The notes under the pieces: model-generated | The model's database searches: none | Seen by the model: only the letters and a program-made list of their open reading frames with translations | Told to the model about the DNA's origin: nothing | Made by a program: the position numbers and the translations under genes | Source of the DNA: Azolla caroliniana | Lineage: Eukaryota; Plantae; Polypodiophyta | Reading direction: 5' to 3' | Assembly (NCBI GenBank): GCA_043228905.1 | Contig: JBHGNT010000004.1 | Span: forward strand, 2,480,001-2,544,000 | DNA: 64,000 bases | Shown here: piece by piece, positions 34,006 to 48,513 of the stretch | Position numbering within the stretch: the first letter of the stretch is position 1 | Layout of the letters: each line of letters starts with the position of its first letter

Positions 34006-34469
34006 GAGCAAAAGAATAAAAGATTACGGAGAAGAATAGACTAAGGGTGCTTCACCCCCTTCCCCCCAAGGAAGAACATGAGACAAACATAAAATATCCC
34101 CGATAAGGCCATGTTAAGCGCTTAGATTGTACCATGATCGGTCATGAAGAAGAGTGCATCAACAATGACGTAATACGGCTAAAGGAACTATGAAGAAGAA
34201 ATGGCAAGAGGAAAAGGAGCTAATGGGTAGCCAAGTGTGAAAGAGGCAAACCCTAAATGTAAACAATATGTAAACCACATTGTGGTGGCTTTGTAGGGGT
34301 TCTTCCATTTATAAAGGTCTCCCTATTGATTAAGAGCTATTGTTTGATAAGGATTCAACAAAAGCTTCAAATGGCTAGTTGTGGCTCATTTTTGTTTTTG
34401 AAAAAATATCCTCCATTGGTATTGAAATTAAAGTGGTCAGAGGCAATATACAAAAATAGTTCAATAGTC

Positions 34470-34800
34470 GAATCTTTCTAGGAAGCTGGAGAGATTCATC
34501 ACCATTTCCATGCTCAACATATCTTGATATTAATGTATTCCGTGTTACTATGTTCTAAGCTAGAAGGTTGTCAAATACTTTTTGTGCTTTGACAATTATG
34601 CCATATTTTACATACATATCTAGTAAAGTAGTGCCGACAAGTAGATCTCTTTCTAATATTCCCTCTTTGGCAATGACAACATGTATTTCTACCGACAACT
34701 TGCATGCTTCTACAAACTTTCAACATGGAAACAAATGCTATAGCATTATGCTGGTCACCCTCCAAGTGCATCATTTCAAAACATTCCAAAATGCTAGTGC
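34470..34800 (-). pseudogene. PLS-class PPR gene fragment
   Basis: LECFEMMHLEG..NAIAFVSMLKVC, then after a frameshift ERDLLVGTTLLDMYVKYG..KAQKVFD..*NIVTRNTLISRYVEHG. Confidence 0.75.
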
Positions 34801-35879
34801 AAGGATATGCCTTTTTTCAAGGTCAACCAAACAAGTTCCATTAGGGAAAACGCTTAACATTAGTTTTGAGTCATAAACACTTAACATATTGCTCCTAAAA
34901 CTATGGCATTATGGATGTGTCATTGATATTTTTTCCATACACAAGGAGGGAAAATGACATCATTGCCACAAATGACACACACATCATGCCAATCAACAAT
35001 AGAAGTGAATAGACTATTACAATCAATCACTCAACAACCAACTACAACCACACCATTGCATAGACACTTATGGATTCCACTCATTTTTGGTAATTGCCAT
35101 CTAATGACAATGCATAAATCACCCCCATTAGAGTAAACACAACTTGGAAGATAATCCATTTCTACAATACCTACGATCCTCAACAAGAACACGACAACAA
35201 AATTTTCCTACATACAACATGCATACATTAACATCCTTGCAAATGAGAGGAGTAAAGCAACATTAAAATAAAAAGGGTTGTTGCAATTTACCAATAGTCA
35301 ACCATCCACAAGTGCAACATTGAACATCACTCATATTACAAATAGAACCAATGCATTTAACCAATTTGATGTTCTCGATTGTCCTGGTGGTTAATTGACA
35401 TAGTTTTTGTTCGTTGTGGGGAGCAACCTACTAAAGTCACTAACAATGTTTTAGATATTGATATGGTATGGTGACATTAAATTTCAATGGTTAACATGGC
35501 AGGCAACAACTTTTGGATATTGTTGACGCGTTGACATGACCTTTGGTGCATTGCAAGTGTGCTGATGTGGAGATCCCATTTAGGAGGTTGTCGATAAGCA
35601 TGCATTGCGTGGTCGATGATCAAGACATTCCTAGATAGAAGGTAAGCCTGTGCAAGATGCAGGCCATTTGGAGACACGAAGGGAGCAATCCATCCATGTG
35701 CCAAGCCATACACTGGGAGACAATAGATGGGCATGGGTTTCGATCGGGCAGGCAAACAATCAAGTGCCGAGCTGTTGACATGCTCGATTGATGGTGGATG
35801 AGGTTCTCGCCTAACACATGGGTCCTCCAAGTTGGAACCCCTTTCAATGTATGTACATATGTATGTATGTATGTATGTA

Positions 35880-36056
35880 TGTTATGTTATGTTATGTTAT
35901 GTTATGTTATGTTATGTTATGTTATGTTATGTTATGTTATGTTATGTTATGTTATGTTATGTTATGTTATGTTATGTTATGTTATGTTATGTTATGTTAT
36001 GTTATGTTATGTTATGTTATGTTATGTTATGTTATGTTATGTTATGTTATGTTATG
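35880..36056. repeat. (TGTTA)n pentanucleotide microsatellite, ~35 units, ~150 bp upstream of the PUX ATG
   Basis: Read directly; preceded by (TATG)n. Confidence 0.97.
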
Positions 36057-36204
36057 TATGTGTCTTAAAACAACAAATTCTTTCCTTGCTCTTCTTCTTA
36101 CCACTTATGTACTAACAATAACTTACCATGGAAACAACCCCAACCCCAGCCCCCAATACTTCAAGTAACAAATAGAAAGAATTCTCTGCTTCTTCTTCGA
36201 CACC

Positions 36205-39200
36205 ATGGATCCTTCTCAGAACCAAAATATACGGACTTTCATGAGTATTACTGGCGCTACAGAAGAAGTCTCCAGAATCAAACTTCAGGTCTGATCTTTT
36301 GTTCTCTTCGTTTTCTTTCGGCCATTTTTCGGCTTTCTTTCAGTCCTTGTTTTCCAGAACAAGTATAAGAATTGAGGCTATATAGTTGAAAAAACTTGAA
36401 TAATTTCTATAGAGGATTCTGAGAAGTAGATTTACAAGAATGTATTGAAATTGAAGGATATTTAAGAAAAAACATGCTAACGAGATCAGAAGCTTTAGCG
36501 AAATTTTCAGAGTGAGATTTCATAGACTCAGGTAGTAGGTTAAGCAGTGTGTTTCTAGAGAGATTATGCCATTGTTTTTCTAGAGATATGATGTTATTTT
36601 TTGTATCTGTAAAATCTAGCAGGATTATAAGATATGTATCGCAAAGACCCACAGAATTTATTCTAATTTTGATATGCTAAGGAGTTTCTGAAGATCTAGA
36701 GAGAATTATGATAGTGAAACATGTTTCAAGTCTCTATAAGCAACGTTTTCCTATAGAGATTATGCGATTGTTTTACTAAGAGCTCTTGAGGTTTTCAAGT
36801 GATATTGTAAGGCACCATAGTGCGATTTAAGTTATGGACTTTGAAGTTATTGCAAGAGTCCATGGCATTATTTAAAACATACCATGGAAAATTTGAAGCT
36901 TTAAAAGTGAGATTCCCATAGCATGATTTCCTCTCAGAAAGTAGAGAAATTATGCTATTGTTTTGTTTAGGAGAGATTATGCGATTTGTTTTTCCAGAAA
37001 GCTCTAGAGAGTTTTATGAGCCAGATATTACAAGACTCCATAGCTTGGTTTAAGAAACACATGTTAAAGAGATTTGACAGTTTAAAGGAGTGTAAAGAGT
37101 GATGTCTAATCTAAATTTTTACCCATTCCTGTTGGCAGGCTTGTAATGGTGATCTAAATGCTGCCATCAATAGTTTCTTTAGTGAAGAGGAAAACTTTGT
37201 GTAAGTATGTTTGAAATTTCTACAGCATATTGATGCTACAAATTGTGATGGGCTTTAGTTAACGATTTGATTGGTAGTTTGGTTTAAACGTTCATGTTTT
37301 TTTTTGAAATATATTTTCCCATCTTAAGATCATCTTAGTTAAGGAACACTAGTAGTTTGGTTTAAAAATTCATGTTTTCTTTGAGCCATATTTTTCCTTC
37401 TTAATGATATATCATAAACTGACAAGTATCCTCACCTCAACAACAACTAATCAGGAAAAGCCTGAGTATTAATGTTTAGATCCGAGAGAACTATTTAAAT
37501 TTTAATGAAATACTCTGAATATCCCTGAATTTTTTCTTTATTTCCCAAATGCCCTTTTTGTTGTTTCTCCAAATTCCCTTGGTGAAGTGTCTATGAAACA
37601 ATCATATGATCAATTCATCCCGTTTTTCATTCTGTAAATATGTAGGTGACCTCTTGGCATTCCACTTTCCCAAATCATATGTGCTATTTGGGCAATTATA
37701 TGCTCAATTCATCCCTTTCTCTCTCTCCTAGTGGTTGACCATGGTCATTTGCACAAATTACAGAAACTTATGGGAAATAAAGAAAAAACCAAGTCCCAAA
37801 AGTTTTATAATCATGGTTTTGTGGAAGCCTTTCTTATAATCTAGAATGAATTTGTGAAATTTATGTTATTGAATCTAATGTATTTGTTTGTGCACAATGA
37901 TGGTGCTTACTATTTATTTGCGATTCAATGTAGTCCTGTAGTGCAGAATCGAGAGCCTAATGTAGAAAGGGTGGAGGCTTTGGCCAGGCATCCTACACCA
38001 TCTTATCCTCTACCATTGGCTCCTTTCTTTGGAAGGGGACGTCTTGGACAGTGGGGTATCCCTCGGTCACATTCTAGAGGCCAACCATTGGTTTCTCATC
38101 CAAAGGATGTTAAAGAAATACCAATTGAATGGAAGGATGAGGAACGAAGATCAAATTCTGCTGGAGGTCCTCTTATAGAAGAGATTCCAGATACAGGTGT
38201 GCATATACCATCTCAAAGTCATGCCCATTTCATAACAGATGATGAAGATCCCCCAAATCCCGACCCCTCTATAATCCGAGGTGAGGGTGAGAGATCATGT
38301 TCAGAGTTTGATTCTGATTCTCTTGAAAGTATGTCAAGGAATATGAATGCAAATGCTCCATCAGTTAATGAAATCCCTCGTATGAGAAATATTGAAGGTG
38401 ATGATATTGAGCAAGAAATGCTAAGAGCTGCGATTGAAGCTTCTCAGAAAGATGCTATGAAGAGGGTCTTTCCAGAGGTACTTGTGGTGTGTTGATGGGA
38501 AGCATCATACATTGTGCACATACTCCCTTGACACATGGTTCATTATGATATATTGCTTGTGCTAAGCAGGATAGAGTTGGAATCAATGCAGAGGATGATG
38601 ATCTAGCGAGAGCAGTTTCATTGTCGTTGAAGGTTCTCTTGCACCATCACAGCAGTTGTGTGCCTGAATTGGTCGTACATAAGTATGTTTTCTAATGAAA
38701 ATGTATTTACTCACAGACTGCAGAACAAGAAAAATCAGTTCGGGAAGGCAAGGGCTATTTTCGCCCCCTGGAAGAGGAAGATAATAGCCCTGATGATGGG
38801 AAACATCGTGATATTCTGAAGAGGTGCCAATTTTGATGTTAATTGAATGTGTTAGCAGCTACGGATTGATTTGGATGGTTGTTTTCTTTATAGTATATTG
38901 TCCTTGAATGCACCATCTAGTCAAATTCTAGTCTATCCTGTGTACAGAAAGGGCTCCACTTCATCTGCAAGAGGTGATTACATTGGGGATCCTGGAGTTT
39001 TAGCAAGCATTCCTCTGTCAGCGGATAATAAGGCTTCATCTAGTAATATAAATAACATATCAATAATGTCTGAAGAGGACGTTGAAGAATATGAAGAACA
39101 ACCACTATTGCGGAGGAGATCAGGTAGGCGTTTCAATCCAACCTTGCCACAACCTTCAAATATACAGTCGTCTAAGTCACATGAAGAACCAAACAACATT

Positions 39201-42200
39201 GCAAGTGCAACCACTGGACTGTGTGAGAGCAATAAAGATGCTGTACACAATGATGAGGTGAAATTTCATGAGGTGACATTTTTAGGAAATTATAGCATAA
39301 GCTATTTATTAATTTCCTTGTTATGATGAGGTACACCAATTCTAAACATTTGTAAAATGCTTTGGTCTCATAGGTTATTTTAGTACATCTTCCTATCTTT
39401 CTTTACTCTTAGCTAGGCTATCTGACTTCTTGTAGTGGGGAGGACTATCATCAGAAGAGCAAATGGAAGCTGCAATGCTTGAAGCAGCGATGTTTGGTGG
39501 TACTATACCTGAAAATCCAGCTGGTGATGGGAATCTTCTGGGTAATGGTGGCTATGGCAGACCCATACAACTTCCATCTCCGTCTGTCATTGCCCAACGT
39601 TTATTACGGGAACAACAGGTAGGTACTGAAAATTTTGTGCTGTTACCTTTTCTGAGATTAAAGTGGGTCTTTGTCTGGATTATATAGTTTAAAGCGTTTT
39701 CGTAGAACTGAAAATAACTTGTACATGGACACGAGCTTATCTATATCTGTATCTACATATGTGGGTGTGTACATGAACACATGTAATTCTGTGTTTTTAA
39801 TGTAGCTGTGTATGGATTTATATATATAGAAACTTGGAAAGTCTGCAGGGTGATCATCTCTTGGATGACTTGGATACCAAGCTCACAAATGTATACACTT
39901 ATAGAGTTTCACTGGTTTTGTACATGCGTCTCTACATAGATGCTTTTATATCTGTATCTATACAGTGCATGTATCCGTAAATGTGGATCAGTATTCCTCT
40001 TCAAGTTATGTATAATGCATGTACATATAGAATTTTCTGTCTGCAAAAATGTACAACATTTATATTTGTATCGTTGAATGATTCATGCGAATTTGTTTGT
40101 CTCTTTTAGGTATGTATGAATTCATGTATTTATAGCTTTAGACAGTCTACAGAAATGTAGATACATATACACTGGCATTGTTAGGAACAGTGAAAGACTG
40201 AAAACAGCTCTGCTGTAAAGAATTTGTCTACATGCTTATATATCTATGTATGCATGTGTTTGTGTATACATGTGAATCTGTATCTCAATTATATGTGTAT
40301 GAATGTATGCTTAGATAGTTTTTCACGGACTGAAGATGGAGGACTTGGATATGGAGCTCACACACATATCCATCTAAATAAATTGTTACATATACATACA
40401 TACACATGCGCACATAGATGTAAATAAATTATTATATTCATATATATTCATACACGTGTGTGTTTATATTAGGAACAGATTTTGCAGCAGGCATTTTCTG
40501 TGTTCTGTGCTGTTTTGATTGTGATTGTACTTCAGAATCACGTACAGTGCATCAACATAAATGTTCAGATTTGATTTCTCTTGGAATTTTATGTTTTTCA
40601 CCAAAATGCTCTTAGGACGATGAGTATCTTGCTTCTTTGGAAGCAGATCGAGAAAAAGATATCCAGGCACAACTTGAGGCAGACCGACGACGTATAAAGG
40701 AGGAAGAAACCAAATCTGCTGCAACAGAAACAGAAAGAATTCGAGGAGAAGAGGAGCTATGCAAACGCATTGCTGAAGAGGTTGGTGGCCTGACATGGGC
40801 TCACTTAGTAGTTTCAAGTTTAAAAGTTTGGTCTCAGCTAAACAGAAATGTGGTTATGTTCACATCTGCAATAAATTGAAATAAAAATAGTTCATTTTTA
40901 GGACCTAAAGAGGCATAAAGATACCAAAAGGGCCTCTCTTCCAGAAGAGCCTTCTATAGATGATGATGCTACAGTGAATCTTATGGTCAGAATGCCTGAT
41001 GGAAACCGCCAATGCAGGCGGTTTCGGAAATCGGAGCCTCTTCAGGTACATTTTTGTCTATTTCTTAGATACTTCACTTATCCTATTTCGGAGCCAATGC
41101 TGACTGATGCAATTCTGCTGTAAAATGCAGTATTTGTTCAACTTCATCGATGTTTATGCTGGAGTAGTGCCTGGTTCCTACCGATTGGTTAGTCCTTTAT
41201 GTAGTAGTTTGGTCGTGTCTATTTCTGAGTTTCCCTGGAGATATATGGATATTGATTTGTTAGTTACTAGGATGGCTTTGTCTGTCGGAGAAATTTTGAA
41301 TTACATTTCCGTTTCTGAAATTTAGTACAATAGCAAGAATGGAGAAATATAGCCATTTTTGTTGTGGGCAAAGTTATCCCGTGGTAAGTTGTACCATAGT
41401 ATTCTACACACAAGGATAAAGTGTGAGGGTTAATTGAGAGTGTAAAGGAGGGAGGATTACTTTTAATTGTAGGAATCGAGACAACCCATAAAGGTCAAGT
41501 GGGAACTTGCTTGTGGTCTGGCTATAAATATGAGGCCTAGCTACCCTCGTTGGACACATCATTCGACTATGTCGAGACTGTGATCTTGTGGTCAATAGAC
41601 TTATGTAGTGAGTGCGCAATACCAGGTATGACTCGATGCCATGACAGTTGTATGGGACATCGATCAAGGCTCAAGTCCGTCTCGATCCCTCCGCTCGGGG
41701 GTGGTCGGGTAGATTGGCACCCTTCGTTCTCTCTCTTTCTCTTATCTGCTTATCATTTATTTCCTTATTTCATGCTTACATTAGGAATAACCTCTAACAA
41801 TTTTAAACACAAAACCAATGGAAAACATGAACCATAGAAATGGAAGAAATGGAGAAGCACAAACAATTTTAAATGAATGTTAAAATGGAGATCCATTCTA
41901 CGGAAAGGCAAACCATCAAATGCCAATATAACTTAAAAAGTTGTTTATTAACATTTGCAAAAAGCTATAGTATTGTAATAATAGTGGTACCCTAGTATGA
42001 TTCAGAACTGTGCAGATAAAGTGAGTTCAGAAGTAGACACTTAAATGAAAGCTCAACAGTATGGAAGTTTATCTCCATATTGGCATGTATGCCATATCCT
42101 CTTGTACCTTGCCTGATTGGCATGTATGCCACCTGGATTGGACAACCTGTAGAGTAGATATTCCTATATAGAATGAGGCAAGAACTGCTAGAACTTCTTC

Positions 42201-43946
42201 AGTACTGTCATTTTGTGAAGAAACATTGCTCTGGATTTCTCCTTCTGAAGATACCAGTTTATTGATTTCCCTGATGCATCTGAGGCACTCCTTTTAGATT
42301 TTTCTTCAAAATATGGGAATACATCTATTGTTTTCTTTATAAATGCGCTAATACATGCTCTCCTTTCATGTGTGGGTACTGATAACAAGTTGATACAGAC
42401 ATATGTTTGCACTATACATTTATAATATGTTATAGCATGCTTATCATGAGAGGGGGTTTCTGAAAGTGTAACTTTGACTGTATAAGGAATGTCAAATCCT
42501 GTCATTGCTTGGAGCTCCAGACTGAATTTATAATGGCTAACTAAGTTCAAGTGTACAGATTAATGACCTCTTGAAATATATAACCACCTCTTCATCAGGT
42601 GGAAGCCCATGTTTCTGATTATCTATAACCCTTACCCTTATGCACACATGCCACTCTAGGATGTCTTTTTCTCCACATTCTCTTTGATAAACCACAGGTT
42701 TGATGCATGCATTTGCCTGGGTTCGATGTTTATTTGTCCCAAAAAGATTACATTTATTTGTTGCGCATCAAATGGGGAACATTGTATTCTAGCTTGTCAT
42801 GTGTTTGTGTACTTTACACTTGTCCTATGTAACTTGGTGTATTATTTCTCCATTCAAGGTAGTCTTATCTAATAAATGGATTCACATGAACTAATGCATT
42901 GTCTGTTAATACTGACGTCCATGTGTTTTTATTAAGCTCTGAGGGTACTGCCGATAGGACTTGTCTAGGATTTGCTGAATCTGATTTATGCTGTGAGCCA
43001 TCCATGAATCTCTCTTCTTTAACATGATTGGACTTTTAGCGTGGGAATCCCAGGTCTACATCTGTGGCTAGAACATTGGGGAACATTAAGGAAGAAAAAA
43101 AGAAGAAAGAACGGAAGATATATATTAAAGTTTTTTAAGAGGCCAAGGTCCATAAAGACCAAACAAAAGATTACATCTTGAAATGTTTCATCTTTGAGAA
43201 TAGCAAACCAAATCAACGTAACCAAGTAAAAAAGTAAATAGAAATAGAATAAGATGCGGCTAAAGATCTCATCGCTATTCATGTAAGGTTCTTGAGTCAG
43301 ATATGTTGTGCTTTTTGTCTTCGAAAGATCCCTAGCATAGGTCGTTCCAAAACGGAGAAGTTCTCTGAAGCAAATGAAGCACCTGCAATGGTGGGAGATA
43401 ATGGCCTTTATCTGTTGATAACAAGGGTGGTAACATCATTGTCCATGAGGACAGAGCCTACGTGCATGACAAATTCCTAATGCTGAATCTATTGTAAATC
43501 CTTTGCATTGTACTGGTTGGGAGCTCATTTGTGTTGCCCATGATTGACTTGTAGCATGAGTATGAGCGATGGGGCTAAAGAAAGCTATGCTTGTTCTTTG
43601 TTGATGAAATCGTGTTCTAATTATTCTTTGTTGATAAGATCTTGTTCTAAGTGAAACTCATATTCTCCATGGCTGAATCTTTCCGTCTCTATCTTGAGAA
43701 ACATTCATGCTATTTCCCTCATCTCATCACATAAACATGCACACACTCTCATATATTGCATGGAGGATTGGTTATATATACATTATGTTGAAATTTCAGC
43801 TGCTGACGAACTGCTATTGCTATGTCAACACTGAACAGGTAAGACAATACCCTCGAAAAGCATTTACAGATGCGGAGCATCCAAGTTCTTTCTATGATCT
43901 AGGATTGAATAACAAGTTTGAAACTTTATTCTTGGAACTTATATGA
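36205..43946 (+). CDS. PUX8: Plant UBX domain protein, PUX8/9/13-like (UBA-like, UIMs, coiled coil, UBX; ~613 aa)
   Basis: 11 GT-AG exons: 36205-36288, 37139-37200, 37934-38477, 38570-38632, 38717-38823, 38948-39272, 39436-39618, 40616-40780, 40902-41045, 41131-41187, 43839-43946. Motifs FMSITGA, EMLRAAIEAS, DLARAVSLSLK, WGGLSSEE..AAMLEAAMFGG, REQQDDEYLASL, VRMPDG, YPR. Confidence 0.9.
41360..41799 (+). mobile_element. Solo LTR (440 bp) in the last PUX intron
   Basis: TGTTG...TAACA termini; 5-bp TSD ATTTT on both sides; CTATAAATA at ~41523; CT-rich tract downstream. Confidence 0.75.
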
Positions 43947-44412
43947 GCTAAACGATAATTTTTTTTATTATATAAAGTTCTGGAAAGTTTACATCACATA
44001 GTAGCTGCCTATACATTTATGTAAATCTTATGAAATTACCCCTTTAATAGCTTCATGCTATAGATGTAAGGTTATTTATTGTAAATAGTTTTGGTTCTTG
44101 GAAGTAGCAACCAGCATGCTGGGTCATTTATTTAGAAAACCATTGGATAAAGGTAGGTTCTTGTCATTTGAAGATGTTCAAGGTCTATGTTGGATTTGTA
44201 ATCTTGATCTAGGAGGGATTTTCTTATCCTATTCTCAAATGTAAAAACCTTGAATATGGAAGTTCCTTTGCCTATTAATATTGACAATATCAATTTAGAA
44301 TAGTGAGTTTATATTTTGTTCATTTCAATGCTCAATAGCAACTCTTTTCTTTCTAGTTTTTATTTTTACCCACAAACAAAACCTCCTAAAAAACATTGCA
44401 TATGAAAGGAAG

Positions 44413-44672
44413 ATACAAAGGGCCTTCTAAGAATATTATCAGAGATGTGGCCATGCATGGTTCATATTAGTAATGTGGGTAAAAGCATGAATGAAATGGA
44501 GACTACATGACAAATTGAGGTCATGAGGACTATGTTGCTCAACATACAAAGGGCCTTCTAAGAATATTATCAGAGATGTGGCCATGCATGGTTCATATTA
44601 GTAATGTGGGTAAAAGCATGAATGAAATGGAGACTCCATGACAAATTGAGGTCATGAGGACCATGTTGCTCA
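44413..44672. repeat. 131-bp near-perfect tandem duplication between the convergent 3' ends of PUX and the hydrolase
   Basis: ATACAAAGGGCCTTCTAAG...ATGTTGCTCA twice. Confidence 0.92.
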
Positions 44673-45085
44673 TTCGCCTTCACATTCTCGTAACTCATCC
44701 TATTTATGCATAAAATATGCTGAAAATGATGATTTAATTTGGACAAATTAATGGGACTTCAGGCATATGTTTTGTGAATTGTATAACCTAAACAAATTGA
44801 AAACATTTATTGAACCTCTCAAATGTGATGGTATTATGATTTTGGGTTTGTTTAGGACATGTTTGTATGTATGTACAATATTATGTATGTATGTCCAATC
44901 AATCTCAATCTGAATTTTTGGATGTTAGAGCATGTGGGGATCATTTCCTCAAATGCATATTCAGGTTTTTTAATAGCATTAGAGAATGTCCCTCTCCCTA
45001 CATAGGCATATGATAGGTAGAGGAGACTAAGAAGTGTTGTAACTAAGTGGATTTTACATACAATTAATATAATTGTGTGCTTTTA

Positions 45086-45089
<4 letters not shown>

Positions 45090-45148
<59 letters not shown>
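45090..45148. repeat. Compound (GA)n(GT)n microsatellite
   Basis: Read directly. Confidence 0.95.
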
Positions 45149-45152
<4 letters not shown>

Positions 45153-45393
45153 TGTATGTATAATCATTTCTATTTCTTTGTGTGGAATCAACACTTTTCA
45201 CCTACACCTAAACAAATAGGTAATATTTTGTTTTGTTATTAACCCTCCCTAACCTCGGGAGAGGTTTTTGAGCTTGCTGATTATTAAAATATTTCCAATG
45301 GATGAAAATGAAGATATATACAAATTTTAAATAATCACCCTTTGTTTTTATTGACTTGTGTGTTTATAGAAGATCAATCTTGGGGAGTGGAAT

Positions 45394-47606
45394 TTATTTT
45401 GTGAGGAAGGAGATGATCAATTGATTCAACTCTTTAGCTTTGAAAATAGTTGGTATATGTCCCACTCCTTTCATAGTTACTAGTTGTGCATTGTCTCCCA
45501 AAAACCTGCCATACCAAATTGCATGCCCAACAAAATCAGTCATGTCCTTTGAATTATGATAAAAATACGCCAAAGTATGACATTTCTATGATATTATTAA
45601 TTGAACTCAACAATTATTATACCAATAAACGAAATTAATTCATCGAGTCTCATGAGTAGTAATATTAAAAATTGAACCTTCCTTGTCTCATCTTTGAAAC
45701 ATGGATTCAAAATAAAATCCAGAGTTAACTATATGTTCATGTCACTCTTAACCAACACTACGAATTCTCACATGCTTATACCTAAAATTGACTAAAGAAG
45801 AATCCAAATCTAAATATGATTGTTTGTTCATATATATATATCATGCAATGTTGGAACACACTTCAAATCATGTATATGGACACTTACTCTTTGAGCTTAT
45901 ATGCCAAGCTGATATTAAAAATTTGGTCCTCTTCTCCCCACACAATGAGAACATCCTGCAAAGCCAAATGGTATACAACATTGTTGATTACTAGAAAAAC
46001 TAGAGGGTTGAATTCATAAGGGATGATGGCTCGGGGATTCACTAGAAGAAGGATAGAGAGTTGCAACGTGCTACGGTAAGTGTATTCAAAAGTAACGTAA
46101 CCTTATTGTTCTTCATGTTGCATGAGAATAACCACAACAAACACATCATTCATTTCAAACGCTATAACTCAATGTGCAACAAATGTACGTTTTAATTATG
46201 TTGCTTTACATTTGAATATCTTATTACAACGTGACACTTTCACTTGGCATGGAAAACATGTTGGTGGATTTTAATATAAGGTATTCCGATATCAAACCTT
46301 CCAGAGATCTCTGACTTTCCAACTTACACTACCTTTGCTTGGTTTTCTCACCTTCCAAGAAGTATCGCCACTTTTTTCACTATTGTTCTACACGTGTGTC
46401 TCTTTCCATTTCGACCTTTCCACATTTTGGTCACTTTTGGTACATCTAAGGTTTCTCCACACATTTAAATTCCAATTCTAATCAGCCTTGAACTTGCTTC
46501 TACTTGAAAGATAGTTACTCATTCATGCTTTAAAAATGGATGAATCAACCAAAGAGTCTACAATCATGCTTGTGTTTATTACTTACTTGAACACTAACAT
46601 GTGGACTAAAAATATGGCTAATAACATATAAACAATTTAAAACATATGGCCTAAAACATGGCTAATAACATGTTTTTAGTTCGCTCAAAACAAAATTATT
46701 GAAATCCAATTGGGGGGGTGTAAGAATGGCATACACAATGGAAAATTGATTACTCACTTGTTCGATTTTGGGCAATGGTGGAGAATTCTCTTTCCCAAGA
46801 ATGATTGCATCCACAAGCTCTAATTTTTCTCGTCGCCAATCAGAAAAGAAAGCCTGAATTGGAAGGATTTGATGAGATCATAAGTCAAATAATTTGTGTC
46901 ATAACTCTTTATTTGATTCATAAGTAACTGTGCACATCGTGGATCATACAATCAATTTGTGTCATGAGGCTTTATTTGATTCGTAAGTAACTTTTGCACA
47001 TTGTGGCTAAATAATTTGTGTCTTAACAACCTAATATGCTGATGTGATAAGATTATAGATTAGATAAGATTATAGATTAGATTAGATGATTAGGGCCCCA
47101 AGAAGAAGAAGAAGAAGAAGAAGAAGAGGTGCAGTGACCTGAAACATGTCTTTGAAGATGAAGTTGGGGAGGAATGGGGGAAGATAGTTGAGGCTGAATT
47201 TGAGGCTTGTCTTGAGATGGGTGGGGGAATCAGGTACGAGGAGCTGGTGGACGGTGCCATAGCCAGAAGCTTGCAGGAGGGGATCGTTGGAATGATGGTC
47301 CATCATGATGCCGGAGCTAATGATGACGACCTTGCGAACATACGATGGCCCATACAGGTGGGCCAGACGGTATGCCACGAAGCCACCATAGCTATGGCCA
47401 CACACGAAGATCTTCTTGCCTTCTTTCTCCTCCTCCTCCTCCTTCCCTGCTCCTCCTCCTCCTCCGATGCCACATTTCTGGAGGGCCTCGTAGATGCAGT
47501 GTGCTTGGAAAATCTCTGATCTGCGATCCTCCTCATTACCAACACCATCTTCTTTTAAACCCCAATCATCATGTCCATCATGATTGTCGTCATGGTGGAT
47601 TAGTTT

Positions 47607-47644
<38 letters not shown>

Positions 47645-48513
47645 GACTGTAACTCTTCTTCTTCTTCTTCTTCGTCGTCGTCGTCGTCTTCACCTTCTGA
47701 AGATTCCTCTGATTCTGATTCTGATTCAGATTCGGATCCAGATCCAGATCCAGATCCTCGTTGTTGGACTGTATGCTAATAATATGTGAGCCGCCGAAGA
47801 AGAGGAGGTCAGGGATGTAGAGTCGAAAGTGCTTGCTCAGTTCGCCCACTTCCCTCTCCCATGCCAAGCCCCCACTGGTGCCAAAGCCATGTAGCAGCAC
47901 CAGCACAGGCCTCACCTCTACCTCTACCTCACATAATTCCCCTACAAAATCAGATTCATAATATTATGTATGTACCATATATATATATATATATGCCCAA
48001 TCAACCAACCGTGACAATGTTAAATTAAGTTAAATACCCATCCTCATCATGTTTCAACGCTCAATCATGCTCCATACCAAATTACAACCACCAATTTTAT
48101 ATGAGCACTTGCTTATTCAGTCAGGGGTTCTAGTATATTATGATTGTTATTATTAAAACAGGCATTGGGTAGAGGAAAATGAAGTCAGTGGAATTGGGTT
48201 GAGCAACGGATTTTAAGTGGAATTACTTGGCCGTTGGATTTTGGTGATTCGATTTGATTGAAATGGAATCATGAATATTATTATTAAAAGTTGATTGGAA
48301 TATATTGACATATTAGAGTATGTAATTTAAAGATGAAATTAATAGGAACAGGTATACCTGCTGTTGCTGCATTGGCATGGGCATGGGCATTGTTGGGCAG
48401 CCAGCAATGGATGGTGGCCCCATTGTCCAGCTCAATGTTGCGTGGGTGCAGCCCATGAGACCTGAGCAGCCAATGGGTGTGCCTCAGCTTCAGCCCAACC
48501 AGGCTTGGGAAAC

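Noticed and set aside
35798-36168. Three overlapping (MLCYV)n ORFs
   Set aside because: Translation of the stop-free (TGTTA)n microsatellite.
36400-37100. Recurring AGAGATTATGC.ATTG motif in PUX intron 1
   Set aside because: Looks like an old degenerate tandem repeat; unit boundaries could not be defined and no exon signature was seen.
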